From Eledone cirrhosa (lineage: Eukaryota), in NCBI GenBank assembly GCA_964016885.1, contig OZ024754.1, forward strand, positions 434,001-498,000: a DNA stretch of 64,000 nt, read 5' to 3'. Shown one piece after another: positions 13,401 through 26,697 of this stretch. Made by a program: the position numbers and the translations under genes. The notes under the pieces were generated by a model. It did no database searches. It saw only the letters and a list, made by a program, of their open reading frames with translations, and had not been told where the DNA came from. How positions within the stretch are numbered: position 1 is the stretch's first letter; every line of letters starts with the position of its first letter.

Positions 13401-15571
13401 GCCTCATCTAATCTGTACAAGTGTGAAAAATGGTGATTTTGATGATGTGTTGTCTTTATCATGTTATTGTTCTTGTTTTGATTTCTCTACCTTTTTTTCC
13501 TTCCAGTGCCTCAGATCTTCGGAATGTTATAAATTCTGCAAATAAAAAGGATTTGGTTTCCTCCTCAAATCTGAACCTTGCAATCCATGGTTTATCCCAG
13601 CTATTAATCACAGACTTCTCCCCTATCAATCAACAGTTAACATCTACAAGCCATTGTAGTAGTCTTCCTCCTTCTTCTTCTTCACAAAACTCTGTGAATC
13701 TGTTGCTGCAACTTGTACCTTTATTAACTGATTACCTTGGTCACTATTGTGACCAACTATCAACAAACCTGGTCGAATCAAGCACAGACTTGTGTCATTC
13801 CTTAACTGGAGGAAACAACTGGAAATCAGGAAGCTCATCAGAAAGTTCTGTGGATTCCATAACAAGATCCGTGAATATGTTGTTACAAGACTCTGCTAAT
13901 GTTGCCAACCAGTTAGAGTTGCTTGTCATTGTCACTCTCAGGGTTTTACACAAACTAATTGCTTTCTGTACTGAAATTCGATACTCCCTGCTTGTCAATG
14001 ATACTGAAAAACTGGCTGTAAGTAATGCTGTACTTTATTTTTTTATCAATGTTGTTGTGGCTGTAGCAGTAGTGATTGAAAGAGGGAGTGTTAATGGTGG
14101 TGCCACACCAGCTGAGATGCTGTATTCTTAATAAACATGACATTTTATTTCACATTGCTTCAGTTCACTTAGTTGTAGAAACAAGTTGCGACATGACTTT
14201 CCAACTTGATTTTATATAAAAACTTGTTAAGTTATATTCCAAATCATCAACTTATTCATAAAAATTATGTTTACTTTAACCTTTTAGTATTTACTTTACT
14301 CTATATTTACTATTGTATTTTCGTGGTAAAGGCTTTATCTCACATAACATTTACTTTACTCTATATTTACTATTGTATTTTCATGGTAAAGGCTTTATCT
14401 CACAAAATATTGAATCTTTGAGATTTTGATATTATTTATTCTGAGAACAGTACCTTAACATCAGTATGAACAGTCGTTTTGAACAGAAAGTGGTGAGAGA
14501 ATTCTAGCCAGATACAGTCGGTTTAAATGCTAAAGGGTTGAACACAAAGGGACTAATGAAAGTTATTTACTTTCAACACTAGTGTATTTCACTAGAAATA
14601 TACCAAAGTGTTAGTCAAAGGTTATTCCAGATTTGCCTTCCTTTTCAGTTATTTTGGGTTATCTTTGCAGAATTCCCTTAGCAACTCTCTTTCAATGACG
14701 TCACCAAACCAAAAATCTAGCAAGTCTTCTGTGTCTCCTCTTCTTCTTCAAGACATTAAAAAATTTGATTTATTCAACAAATTACTTCAACTAGCCAACC
14801 CTACTCCAGAGGTAAGGAAAATAAAAGCACAATAAACATCTTCATCATTATCACCACCACTATCATCATTATCATATACTACCATCCTCCTTATCATCAT
14901 CATCATCATCATCATCACCACCACCACTATCATCATCATCATCATCATCATCATCATTATCACTATCATCATTATCACTATCATCATCACCACCACCATC
15001 ATCATCATCACCACCATCATCATCACCATCACTATCATCATCACCATAATCATTGTCGTCATCAACATCTCTGTCGCCACCACCATCATCATCATCATTT
15101 AATGTCCGTCTTTCTCAACAGTTTTACTTGTTATTTATTACATATTATACAATGCTTCATATAAACTATATTTACTTGTTGTAGAAACTGTGTAACCCTA
15201 CAATTGTCAAGTTAGCCGTGTCTATTCTGATTTTACTGGCCAAGTCAAGTACAGTTGAAGAACTCGAGTTGTAAGTTGTCTTTGTCTTGTCTTTCTTGAA
15301 ACTAATCCAACCAACTATAAATCACTGCAATTCTTGTCTTATGATTAAAGTAAACATCCAATGACACCCACCTCCCTCCTTCTCTCTCACACAGTCCTGA
15401 TAAAGCAGGCTTCCTTCCCTCAGCATTCAGTTGTTTCATATATATATATACATAACGAAGGAAATGTGGTAAAGAACCAGATGGACCATAACGCACCAGA
15501 GTACTCAATACTTAGGGTAGTAGAGTGGGTAATAGGAATAGCCGTCGAAATGTCGGGGTCATACTTTTTCC

Positions 15572-15610
<39 letters not shown>

Positions 15611-18600
15611 ATTTATATATATATAAAGTGTATATATGTGCGTGTGTATATGTATGTATATATACTCCCTTGTATAGGTATAGATATATATATATATTCT
15701 AGATTACGTCTTAATTTTTCTGTGTTTGTTTACCAACTTCATCAGGTTCCTTCCTGCCATTTCCAAAGGTCTTATTAAAAGTTGTTTCAACTATGTGCAA
15801 TGTATTGAAGTCCAGTTTGCAGGATTGCAGCTTCTTCTTGTCCTTTGTCGTTCACAACAGATTATAAATCAACTCTGTTTCAATACCAGTGAGTATTCTT
15901 TCTTTGTTATTTAGCCCCAGATTAACCAAGACTCTGTCATCCTATTTAGCCCCAGATTAACCCGTTAGCATTTACATTACTCTGTATTTACTATTATATT
16001 TTCACGGTAAAGTTTTTATCTCACATATATCGAATCTATGAGATTTTGATATTATTTATTTTGAGAACAATACCTTAACATCAGTATGTGCAGCCGGCTA
16101 TGGTTGGTTTGAACACAAAGAGGTGAGAGAATTCTGGTCGGATATACCCTGTTTAACTGCTAAAGGGTTAAACAAAACTGTCATCGTATTTAGCCCCAGA
16201 TTAACCAAGATCCTGTCACCATAATTAGCCCCACTTTAACCAAGACGCTGTCACCATATTTAGCCCCAGATTAAATGAGACCCTCTCATCCTATTTAACC
16301 CCTAGATTAACCAAGACCCTGTCACCCTATTTCTCCCCTAGATTAACCAAGACCATGTCACCCTATTTAGCCCCTAGATTAACCAAGACCTTGTCACCCT
16401 ATTTAGCCCCTAGATTAACCAAGACCCTGTCACCCTATTTAGCCCCTAAATTAACCAAGACCATGTCACCCTATTTCTCCCATAGATTAACCAAGACCCT
16501 GTCACCCTATTTAGCCCCTAGATTAACCAAGACCCTGTCACCCTATTTAGCCCCTAAATTAACCAAGACCCTCTCACCCTATTTAGCCCCTAGATTAACC
16601 AAGACCCTCTCACCCTATTTAGCCCCTAGATTAACCAAGACCCTGTCACCCTATTTAGCCCCTAAATTAACCTAGACCCTGTCACCTTATTAACCAAGTC
16701 AAAAGGAGTTGGAAGCTCTGTTACCCAGATGTCAAGCCAAAGACTCTGCTGTTAATGTTTAGAATATTGGTAATGCAACAGGTGACTGGCCTATGTCTGG
16801 ATTTATTGTTAAAACTATTTCAGCTAAGGCCACAGGAGGGCGATGGTGATAACTAATCCTGCATATGATTTGTTTCTATTTCCAGATGAATGCCTCCTGT
16901 TAACCATGTACCACATGAGTTACCAACTGTTGAGAGATTCTACCGAATTTAAAGTTCCCATGCAACTCTACCATACTGTAAGTTGTCACCAAGCACTCTC
17001 GCTATATTCAAAATAGACTTTTGTTTTTGTTTATTTTATTTTTAAATGATTATTTCTAAGGAAGACTTGATGGTTAGGTAGCACCCAAGACCCTCACAGT
17101 CTGTTAAGATTGATGTAGTCGGTCATTTGTTCTTACCACAGGATGTCTTTCCATTTCCTTTTCTACTAATAAAACATGTCAGTTCCAGAAACCAGCTAGG
17201 AAGATATAAGGTTCAATTTTTCATAGCAGCTGATGGCAACTTCTTAACCCTTTAACATTTAAACCGGCTGTAACCAGCCACAGTTCTCTCGCCTCTTTCT
17301 GTTCAAACCAGCTGTAACTGGCCACTTATATTGATGTTACAGTATTGTTCTCAAAATAAATAATATCAAAATCTCATAGATTCGATATTATGTGAGGTAA
17401 AGCCTTTACTGTGAAAATACAATAGTATATATAGAGTAATGTAAATGTTATGTGAGGTAAAGCCTTTACTGTGAAAATACAATAGTATATATAGAGTAAT
17501 GTAAATGTTATGTGAGGTAAAGCCTTTACTGTGAAAATACAATAGCATATATAGAGTAATGTAAATGGTAAAGGCTTAACGGTCTTCATCCTATTTCATA
17601 ACATCTCTGCACATGAACACACCATCCTTTATATTAATTCTATAAGTGATTGTACATGTTTCACAGCTTTTTAGGTGTTCATCAGAAGACAAGCATACTT
17701 ATCATTCCATCTATGAAAGTAATTTATATTGAAGCTCCATTAAACACAAACCAGAACTTGACTGAAATGACTCATCATCATCATCATCTAATTTATATAA
17801 TTTGTGTTCTGTTTCATTTTTATTACAGGTGATAGAAATTCTAAGTACATTGTGTTCACAACAACCTTCAGGTGCATCTTGTCTTGTAGAATCTCATTGC
17901 CCATGTAACATGGAGGTAAGACATATTTTTATTGGTCTTCTTGTCCAAACTACAGACATGGGATCCACTGTGTAGTTGCTTGACTTGTTAGAAATAACTA
18001 CTTAATTTCTATCTCACACACACAAACACTACACACCACATACACACACACAAGCCGCACAAACCACACATACACATACATACACACTACACCACATATA
18101 TACACACAAAGCACACATACACATACACACACCAGCCACACAGTAGTTCTATGTCATTAATATTGTAACTGTTCTCTATTACTAGTGTGTGAAATGTTGT
18201 ATCGTGATTCTCTACAACATCCTTGAACATCACCAAACCAACTGCAAGAATGTGCAATGTGCAAAGTTTGATGGAAGAGATATGATTTGCAGTAACTGTG
18301 CAGACAGTTGCAGCAGCAGCAAGCCGTCAGGTATTGAGGCTTGCACTTGTGAGTGTGTCCTGTACCAGGGAGCTTTACTCCTTTACACCATCAGCCAGAA
18401 AGAACAAAACTTTGATACACGCGACGTCTTGCATAAGTACACCATTTTGATCAGTCATTTGCAACAGTTGGTGGAACTGTATGAAAGTGAAGGGAAAATT
18501 GATGACAGCCAGTGGAAAATTGAAGGTAACTATCGTCACTGTCTCCCCATCATCATCATCGTTTAATGTCCATTTTCCACGCTAGCATGGGTTAGACGGG

Positions 18601-19259
18601 TTGTCCTAGTTGCCAGTTTCAGGTACTTTCCTAGAAACAGTGTTAACCAAACTTTCACTAATATATTTTACTCCTTGCTCTACACATAATTAACCGAAAC
18701 ATCTCCCTAATTAACTGAAACATCTCCCTAATTAACCGAAACATCTCCCTAATTAACCGAAACATCTCCCTAATTAACCGAAACAGCTCCCTAATTCAAC
18801 TTTGTGTATTATAATCATTACTCCCCACCAACACCACTACCATCACCCCACCAATACCACTACCACCACCAACACCCCATCACCCTACCAACACCAACAC
18901 CACACCCCATCATCACCAACACCACTACCACCATCATCACCAACACCACTACCATCACCAACACCACCACCACCACCCCATCACCAACACCACCACCATA
19001 TCACCAACACCACCACCATATCACCAACACCACTACCATCACCCCACCGTCACCAACACCACCCCACCACCACCACCACCCCCACCATCACCTCACCAAC
19101 ACCACCACCATCCCATCATCATCATCACCATAATCTCTATTCTAGTTAACCTTGTTTTGTGTTCTTTCTGCAGTGTCTGCTCTGAAGGAATTATGGGAGT
19201 TTGTCATTGACTCTGATTCTTTGACCGAAGATGAAGAAACTGCAATGGAGATGAACTGA
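10421..19259 (+). CDS. ATRIP: ATR-interacting protein, 12 coding exons, ~902 aa
   Basis: Exons 10421-10948, 11648-12086, 12338-12406, 12762-12948, 13507-14017, 14671-14811, 15185-15270, 15746-15888, 16886-16977, 17829-17915, 18186-18525, 19174-19259. All GT-AG, phases consistent, 2709 nt. Contains an acidic N-terminal motif DDWDGDLTLTQQELSDID (RPA-binding CRD-like), a coiled coil QKEGEIKILRE...LQFKEQE, and C-terminal ECLLL and CPCNMECVK motifs resembling vertebrate ATRIP. Confidence 0.88.
12416..12682. repeat. 29-bp minisatellite, ~9 copies, just after an ATRIP splice donor
   Basis: Unit TCTGTTTATTTAGACATGCTATCTATATA. Confidence 0.9.
14280..14537. mobile_element. piggyBac-type MITE with an internal tandem duplication
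   Basis: Family consensus TTAA|CCCTTTAGCATTT...AAATGCTAAAGGG|TTAA. Confidence 0.7.
15908..16698. repeat. 33-bp minisatellite interrupted by a piggyBac MITE
   Basis: Unit core CACCCTATTTAGCCCCTAGATTAACCAAGACC; explains the SPYLAPRLTKT-repeat ORF. Confidence 0.9.
15961..16167. mobile_element. piggyBac-type MITE inserted at a TTAA inside a 33-bp minisatellite
   Basis: TTAA on both sides, and the minisatellite unit resumes after the element. Confidence 0.75.
17248..17575. mobile_element. piggyBac-type MITE with three copies of an internal 60-bp unit
   Basis: TTAA flanks and family sequence. Confidence 0.75.
18687..18796. repeat. 21-bp minisatellite, ~5 copies
   Basis: Unit TAATTAACCGAAACATCTCCC. 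Confidence 0.9.
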
Positions 19260-19724
19260 AGACTTCTAGCAGTACTCAACTCCTTCTATCTACAGTTTCA
19301 AGTTCAAAGTGGACCCTACCTTGTAAGATCTATTGACTTAGCAAGGAAACTCTGAAATGCTGTTCAGTTTAGAGTGTTATGACCATTATTATAGTTTAAT
19401 ATCAACCTAAAAGTCAAGGAATTGATCAAACTATTTGGTGACTACTACATGTCATTACCGTCTCATAATGTCTGTTTTACCCTGCTAGCAAGGGTTAAAT
19501 AGGTTGTCACCAGCTAAGTCACTACTTAATCGGTTCTACTGACTTCTCAGATATGCCGAGAGGAACATCTCTCCCTTACATATGTTCCTGCATTCTACAG
19601 AGTGGAGTACATCAGGGGGCAGAAAGTTTGGGGTCACTATGCTGCCCATATTTGGTGTTACTGGTAGGTCGTCATACACTCAGTATAGATGGAAAGTTTG
19701 AAATCAATTTCAAATATCTTACAG

Positions 19725-20027
19725 AGACTGACTCCCTTCTTTGTTAAGAAGTGGGACTTTCTGTTAATGTCTTGTATCACATGTAGGAACCTTGAGACTC
19801 CCTGTTAATATCTTGTATCACATGTAGGAACCTTGAGACTCCCTCCCTTGTTAAGAGAGACTAACTGTTAATGTCTTGTATCACATGTAGGAAGGAACCT
19901 TGAGACTCCCTTGTTAAGAAGAGAGACTAACTGTTAATATCTTGTATCACATGTAGGGACCTTGAGACTCCCTCCCTTGTTAAGAGAGACTAACTGTTAA
20001 TGTATTGTATCACATGTAGGAACTGTT
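19725..20027. repeat. Variable-length (40-65 bp) tandem repeat downstream of the ATRIP stop codon
   Basis: Core CTGTTAATRTCTTGTATCACATGTAGGAACCTTGAGACTCCC. Confidence 0.85.
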
Positions 20028-20625
20028 AGCAAGACAATATTGACAAGTACAAAATAATAGTATGACTGCATCACATAAAAAGTTAAAGTCTTTAGTCTAA
20101 CACTACAAATTTTCACAATGATCTGTCCTCTAGTAAACATACTGTAAACATTTGAATTAACAAAACCATATTTTTAAGTATTTTCTGCTAAATTACTACA
20201 GGATGTTAAGAGTAAAAAGGTAAATTCCTGTTAATCCTTCAACATCCTGCTACTTGCTATCACCGACAGATCCATTTCAGAAAAGACTAAGTCTTCTGTA
20301 ATGTGATAGTCCTTTCTCATATGTGCATCTGTAGGGTTTTGTCAGTAAATGTACAAGATTGACTCCATCAACATAAGTAAAATCATTGTACTGAGAACCA
20401 GACTAAGCCAGCATACTGATGTGGGGTGTGTGTGGAATAAATGAGATGGGTGGAGAGGTGTTTTAAGATTAGGAAAGATTGCTGTTAAGGCCATCAGTTG
20501 AGGATATTCAAATGTTTCAAAACTCAAAGATGGTCAGCTCCAGTCCTATCAACTGAAAAGGTCAAAGTTGAAATAAGAATATCTCAAAACATAAAATATT
20601 TATTTCTTTTTATTGATTTTTTTAA

Positions 20626-20677
<52 letters not shown>

Positions 20678-20865
20678 TTCATTTTACTTACAAAGGACCA
20701 TGAAATTGTTTTTAAGTTCATTTTTTCTTTCTCAAAATATAAAACAAATAAAAAAAAAATAATGAAATAAATCTAAAAGATATATTTTTAAACTGTCTTT
20801 GTTGTTACCTTTCTTATTATAACTGATCACTTTTGAAGGTTTAGCTGTTGTTATTTAACCCTAGG

Positions 20866-21045
20866 TAGGTTGGTGGATTGGTAGAGCGTCAGATAACTTG
20901 CTTTGTGGCATGTAGTTACAGCTCTTACGTTCTAAGTTTAAATCTCACCGAGGTTAACTTTGCCTTTCATCCTTACGGGGTCGATTTAATCGACTTTCCA
21001 CTCCCCTAAAATTGTTGGCCTTGTGTCTAAATCAGAAACCATTAT
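20866..21045 (+). mobile_element. Same tRNA-SINE family (diverged)
   Basis: Contains GAGGTTAACTTTGCCTTTCATCCTTACGGGGTCGAT. Confidence 0.65.
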
Positions 21046-22128
21046 TTAACCCTATGTCAACTCTATCAGGCAGACCTATAATTGAAGTCATTCCAGTTTG
21101 GGCTATTTCATCTTTTGTGTATATCTAGGACTACATTGTTCAATGTATCCTGAAGATTATATGATGTTGTGGTAGAGAGGAATATTTGACTGCTATCTCC
21201 AGCAACTGAAAATTCAACCATGATGGAATCACCATATAATTCACTATACCCATGAGTCAACAAGAGGCACATTTCCTGATAGAAAACCAGAACAAATATA
21301 ACAAGGGCAGTATTTTATTCGAAAGCACTGGTTTTCGATGCGAGATATGCACATACCATCATCATCAACATTTAATATTTATTTTCCATCCTTGCATAGG
21401 TTAGAGGAACTGTGATGAGATCAGACTGGCCAGGTGTTGCTCATACAATCCTTTTTTGACTTGGTTTGCTACAACTGGATGTTCTTATTGCCAACATGAT
21501 GGACTGAATTCTCTTTGTTGTAACACCAGTACATGGTGGACTGGTTTTTTTTATTTTCATGGAATCAGCACGACACTCTTACAGGGTGAACCGAGTGTTT
21601 GTTGTAGCATTAACTTGACCGTCTCACAGAATGAATTAGATGTGATTTATGATGTAAATTGAGAGAACAAGAATCAAGTTACATGTTACTTGCAGAGGGT
21701 GAGGGTGACAGGGTATCACAGGGATAGACCAATTGTTGTGTCATAGGGGTGGCTTAAAATTTCATTTACAAGACATTGGTCAACCTGAGGCTATGATAGA
21801 AAACAATGACCCCCAAGATACTGCACAGAGTGATTTGATCCCAGAACTTTTTTTTCATTTCCATACAGTGGTATCGAAACCCAGAACTTTGTGTTTTCAA
21901 AGTAAACTTTTTAACCACACAAACATGCCTGCATAATATATCTTGAACATCATCATTTAACGTCCATTTTCCATGCTAGCATGGGTAAGATGGGCTGTCC
22001 TTTTGTGAGAGATCAGGTTGGAGGACCGTGTTTCCTTCAAATATAATCATTGATAGTGGAAATACAAGTGAGACCTATTGGTTAGGAACTGCTTGAAGAC
22101 AGACACCAGTTATTTCAGTTAAATAATA

Positions 22129-24269
22129 TTATATATCCTTGTAAATTAATTCATATCGAGGGACATTGCGAGGATCCAAAGGACTTTTTACAATTAGTTT
22201 ACCTTTCATTGCTCCACGGAAAATGACTTCTATGACATCAATAACATCCTGTTTAGTTTTGAAACTGCCAACAAATTTAGTGTGGTCTGGTGTTCTAGTA
22301 AACAGAAATAGAAAATATATTTAAAAAATATTGGAAGAAATTAGAAGACAAGCAATGATAGAGAATAAAATTCAAAATATTTTGGTTTTTAACAGCATTT
22401 TTTTTCTTTTTCTAGCATGTGATAACATCTCTAGTGTTGGTTACACAATAAAATGCAGCCAGTACACTCTGAAAAGTGTTTGTGGTGGTGCCAAGAAAAA
22501 ACACACCCAATATACCATGTAGGGTTGTTGGCAATAGGAAGGGCATCCAGCTGTAGAATTTGTCAAATATGTAAGTTGGTAGTACTACTGCCATGATAAA
22601 AAACACCCAGTCCACTCTGTAAAGTGATAGTACTACTGCCATGATTAAAAACACCCTGTCAACTCTGTATAGTGATGGTGCCACAATAAAAACACCCAGT
22701 CCACTCTGTAAAGTGATAGTGCCATAACAGTCCACCTTGTAATTCTTGAATATTTTGAAAATTATAGGCAGTTTTTCATCAGAAATATGGTAATGAAAGG
22801 ATTAAAATGGATGGTTTTATTTCATAGAGACAGAGGTGGGACACGTTGCTATTAAAAGGATTAACAAAAAAAAACAATTCTCCAAATTGAGAGATCACAG
22901 CTCCGATATTATGGGCATATGGAATGTCTCAGGAAAGAATCGCTGGACAGATTTTATAGGAGACCCAGGAGTATACTCTGAGTGAGATCGTTGGATAACA
23001 GCCATGAGCTTGGCTGGTCTCATTTGGTGATGAAGCCAAATCAGTTGGAGATGGTTGCCTCTGACAGGACCCACTGGAAGGAGTGTTTGAGGATTCTGTC
23101 CCTCCCACGACCCTCTCAGGAATATGTGGGCGAAGAAGAAGAAAAATAATCAAAACCTACTTACTCCCAATCCACTTTGATATGCTGGGCATTAAAGAAG
23201 AAAATTGTTGATGGTATCAAGGTAATGTCAAAATATTGTACATATATTGGAACACTGTCAACTTCTACAGTGTAGAAGTCTGCCATTCTACTGAGTGGTT
23301 CCATAACTTTGGCAAACTAACGGCAAAAATAGAAAAGAAAAACATTTAAAATAAAACGACGAAAAAAAAATATTTCAGGTAATATTATAACCCTTTATAT
23401 TACATCTTTCCCTCATCTATACATCATCTTGTGTCATATATTTATCTTGTTATTGCAAAATTTTTTATTCCTCTATGATGTAGTGTTGTAGAACTTAAAT
23501 TGGATGTGTGTGCAAGTGACTGTAGTCGCTCGAACTGTTAGTAATAGCAGCGAAATATCCCTCAAATCACCATATCGTACTAAAGAAAAGTAAAATTCGA
23601 CATTGTAGTTCTAGATATATATATTTTAAAATGGGATGGTGACGGCTGGAACATCTTTCATCAAATAGGTCTGCTGCATTCAGGGCTGATATGGACCTAA
23701 ATAACAACAAAGTCTTAACCAGAAATAAGTGAGGGCGCTTAGTTGTTTCAGCGCCTTAGCCTCGCCATCATCCGCCGTAATGGCCCGCCTCAAAAATTTC
23801 CTGTAACTCTTAGTGTAGATTTGATGTTTTTTCTTCTTTTATTTTTCTCGTTTTGATTATATATTTATAAGGTTCTTAATTAATTAAAATGTACTTCTAC
23901 ATAATCATATATATTTGTTAGGAGCGGACCAACCACCCGCTCAAGTTTAACTACCGCTTCTCGTATTGATACCCACTTAGGAGGCATCGATACCAAGTGA
24001 TGTTCGATACTCAGAAGAGGATCATATCTACCTTGGTATGAGTCTAATAACCCTTACTGGGTACCAAATGACTATACTTAACATATATATTAATAACAAC
24101 CAGATATAAATGGGAGTTTTTAATATTTACTTACAATATCATCTATTTTAATACATTCAAGGTCGTCAGCTCGTCCAAAACGAAGGACCAGGACCTTTTC
24201 TCGAGTTTCTAAAATAACTCTATCTATCTCTTCTTTGCTGTGTAAACGAGGGAGCAGCACACCTGCCAT
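22129..24269 (-). CDS. TXNL4B: Thioredoxin-like protein 4B (Dim2), 3 coding exons, 150 aa
   Basis: Exons 24269-24135, 23316-23165, 22294-22129 give [45 protein letters not shown] / [50 protein letters not shown] / [70 protein letters not shown] is diagnostic of TXNL4B rather than TXNL4A. Confidence 0.95.
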
Positions 24270-24735
24270 TTCGTTAAGTTAGAGATTTGTTTGTTTTAAT
24301 CCAACTTGGTAATATTGCCGCTTACATCCACACAAATATATGTTTGTTTCTGCGGATAAAAGTTGTTTTTTTAAGTGTATTTTTTTCCTTATCGTTCTAT
24401 TTTAAATAAAATATAATTTTTATTCCTGTTTTTTTTTTTCTTTTTTCATTTTACACAAGGAAAAAAAAAAAACAGTTAAGAAAGCACGTTGTCTCTCTCT
24501 ATCTTTTTTTCTAAATAAATGGTCTTTTTTCTGGAATTTGTGAGTCCGAGGCAGACATAATTAGACAATCATTGTTTATCTACTTAGTTGTTAAAACTGG
24601 GATTATTTATAAGATATTAAAACATTCGAAGGAGAGAGAGAAGAAAAGAGTGGTGTGTAAATGAGGAAGGCGGGCCCTATTATTCTATGTTGTAAGCGAT
24701 ATTCCTTGTGTTGAAGTCTAAATCAAGTCTTTCAG
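24270..24735. promoter_or_regulatory. Probable bidirectional promoter and first non-coding exon of TRMT10C
   Basis: Lies between the divergent TXNL4B ATG (24269) and TRMT10C. A strong donor CAG|GTAAG at 24735/24736 could pair with the acceptor at 27275 upstream of the TRMT10C ATG. Confidence 0.45.
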
Positions 24736-25705
24736 GTAAGAAGAAAATATTTGTGAATTTCTGTCTCTTTCAGTTTAAACTATTTTATTGTACATTATAT
24801 TTCTAACATCTCTTTCGTTTGCTGTTACCTGTGCTTGTCACTATAACAATAGACAAAATATTTCTGGATCTATATTTAACCGTTTACCGACATTAAATAA
24901 ACTAGTTTAGCTTAGTTTCATTGATATTAAAATAATCATAATGTAAATTATTGTTTACAGTGCTCAGGTGCACTACACTCGTTAAAGGTGCATGTATAGT
25001 ACATAGAATAATGTACACATGTGATGATATACACACAGATACACGTGTATGTATGGAGGGGGAATATCAGGTGTAGTGTTGGCGAATTTCGGGGAGCATG
25101 GAAGTTTTGAAGGATGCAGTGTCCCGACAGCTAACATTGACTGGAAATACAAGACTTTTCCCTTGGACGGGATAATAGTCCATTGGAGCTTCTCTTGGTA
25201 TTTATTTTAAACTGAGTGAAATGAAGTATTTTGATCAACAACACAACATGCCACCCGGTTCAATTATCGAACGGTGGAATTCTCAATATTCCGTTGTGAG
25301 TTAACTTATTAACAGTTTATAGAAATATATCTACATAGTTATAATAATTGCCTTTCATCCTTTCGGGGTCGATAAATAAAGTACCTGTCTAATACTGGGC
25401 TCACTTGTTCCTCTATATTCTCGTACATTGATTAGAGAAATATTTTTTTACCGAGCCACGTGCTTTTCTCGTTAATCACCTGAAGTATTAATTAGTTTTA
25501 AACTAAAGACAGTCGCAAACACTCGTGGTTTAAAGAAAGCAATTGGTCGACAAATTCTAGTTGATGGCTAACAGAATATGTCCAATCTTAATACATTTTC
25601 CTGGTCTGTCATTGAAATTGTCTGTCGACCTTGGACAGTTTTAATGTTTACTTATAAAACAAACATAGTTGGTATGTTGACAACAATAACTACAACAACA
25701 TCATA

Positions 25706-25905
25706 CGGGGGTCGGCTGAAAAGTCCAGAGGCTGACAAAGATACTCTCATGGAATGATCAAATATGGTTTACTTTTCAACATAGTCCCTAGAAAGAAACA
25801 ATGTAGTTATTAATTAAAGATGAATTGAAATTAATGCATGTAAGATTTCATAGCTCTAACATCACTCCTTTATAGTCAGCCAATGAATCTTTCAACCGAC
25901 CCTCG
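25706..25905. mobile_element. Tc1/mariner-type MITE
   Basis: TA|CGGGGGTCGGCTGAAAAG ... CTTTCAACCGACCCTCG|TA: terminal inverted repeats with a TA target duplication. Confidence 0.7.
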
Positions 25906-26697
25906 TAACAATAACAACAGCAACATATTTAATTATCGGTCTTTTAAGTTGTGAAGTGAATGTATGTGTATATATATATATTATAAAATATACTTGAAGA
26001 CGGCCGACCGGACTAGAAACTACTACTAAATGTTTGGCCGCCTTGTGTATGTAAGAACACAACACACATGAGATCGAAGACTCAGTCATTGCTACCCCAA
26101 TTATACGAGCCTAGATGGTGTGGGAGGACTCTTTCTAGCGTGAGGAGCCCCGAGGGCAAGCCTCCTCCGGTGGTAACAGGAGGACAGAATGGAGAAAGCG
26201 TTACACCGGAGAGTAGCGAGTGAGATGCCTTAAAATTACCATTCCAACTCGTGGGTCTATATCTCGATAGCAGTGAGTTAGGAGGTGATGGTACTGGGAC
26301 CAAGAACGTCGGAAGGTTCAACGATTATATTATAGGGATCGATAAAATAAATTAACAGTAATGCACTGGGGTCGATATAATAGATTTACCTCTCCTCCAA
26401 TTAGCTGGCATTGTGCCTATAATAGAAATCATTATGTTATATGCTCAACTTCTCATATTTCTGTGTTTACTAAAGATCGTTGGGTTTGTCAGTCCATTTA
26501 CTTCACAAACTTTGATAGTCAATAGAGTTGTTCCCCTTTGTAGAGAATTTTCAATAACCTTGGAAGAAGGGAAGAGCATTAGTGTCCTCTTTTATAAGAT
26601 GTCGGGAGTTTATTGGCAGTAATATACTTTAGATGAAGCGTGTGAAGTGTTGGTTTGGTATTATTGTTCACTTTGGCGTGGTAGATATTGTAGTAGT

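Noticed and set aside
16355-16675. SPYLAPRLTKT-repeat ORF
   Set aside because: It is an intronic 33-bp minisatellite in ATRIP with no splice support.
17648-17690. Minus-strand CTGATGA...GAAACATGTA hammerhead-like motif
   Set aside because: Stem II is weak and stem I does not pair; at best a decayed copy.
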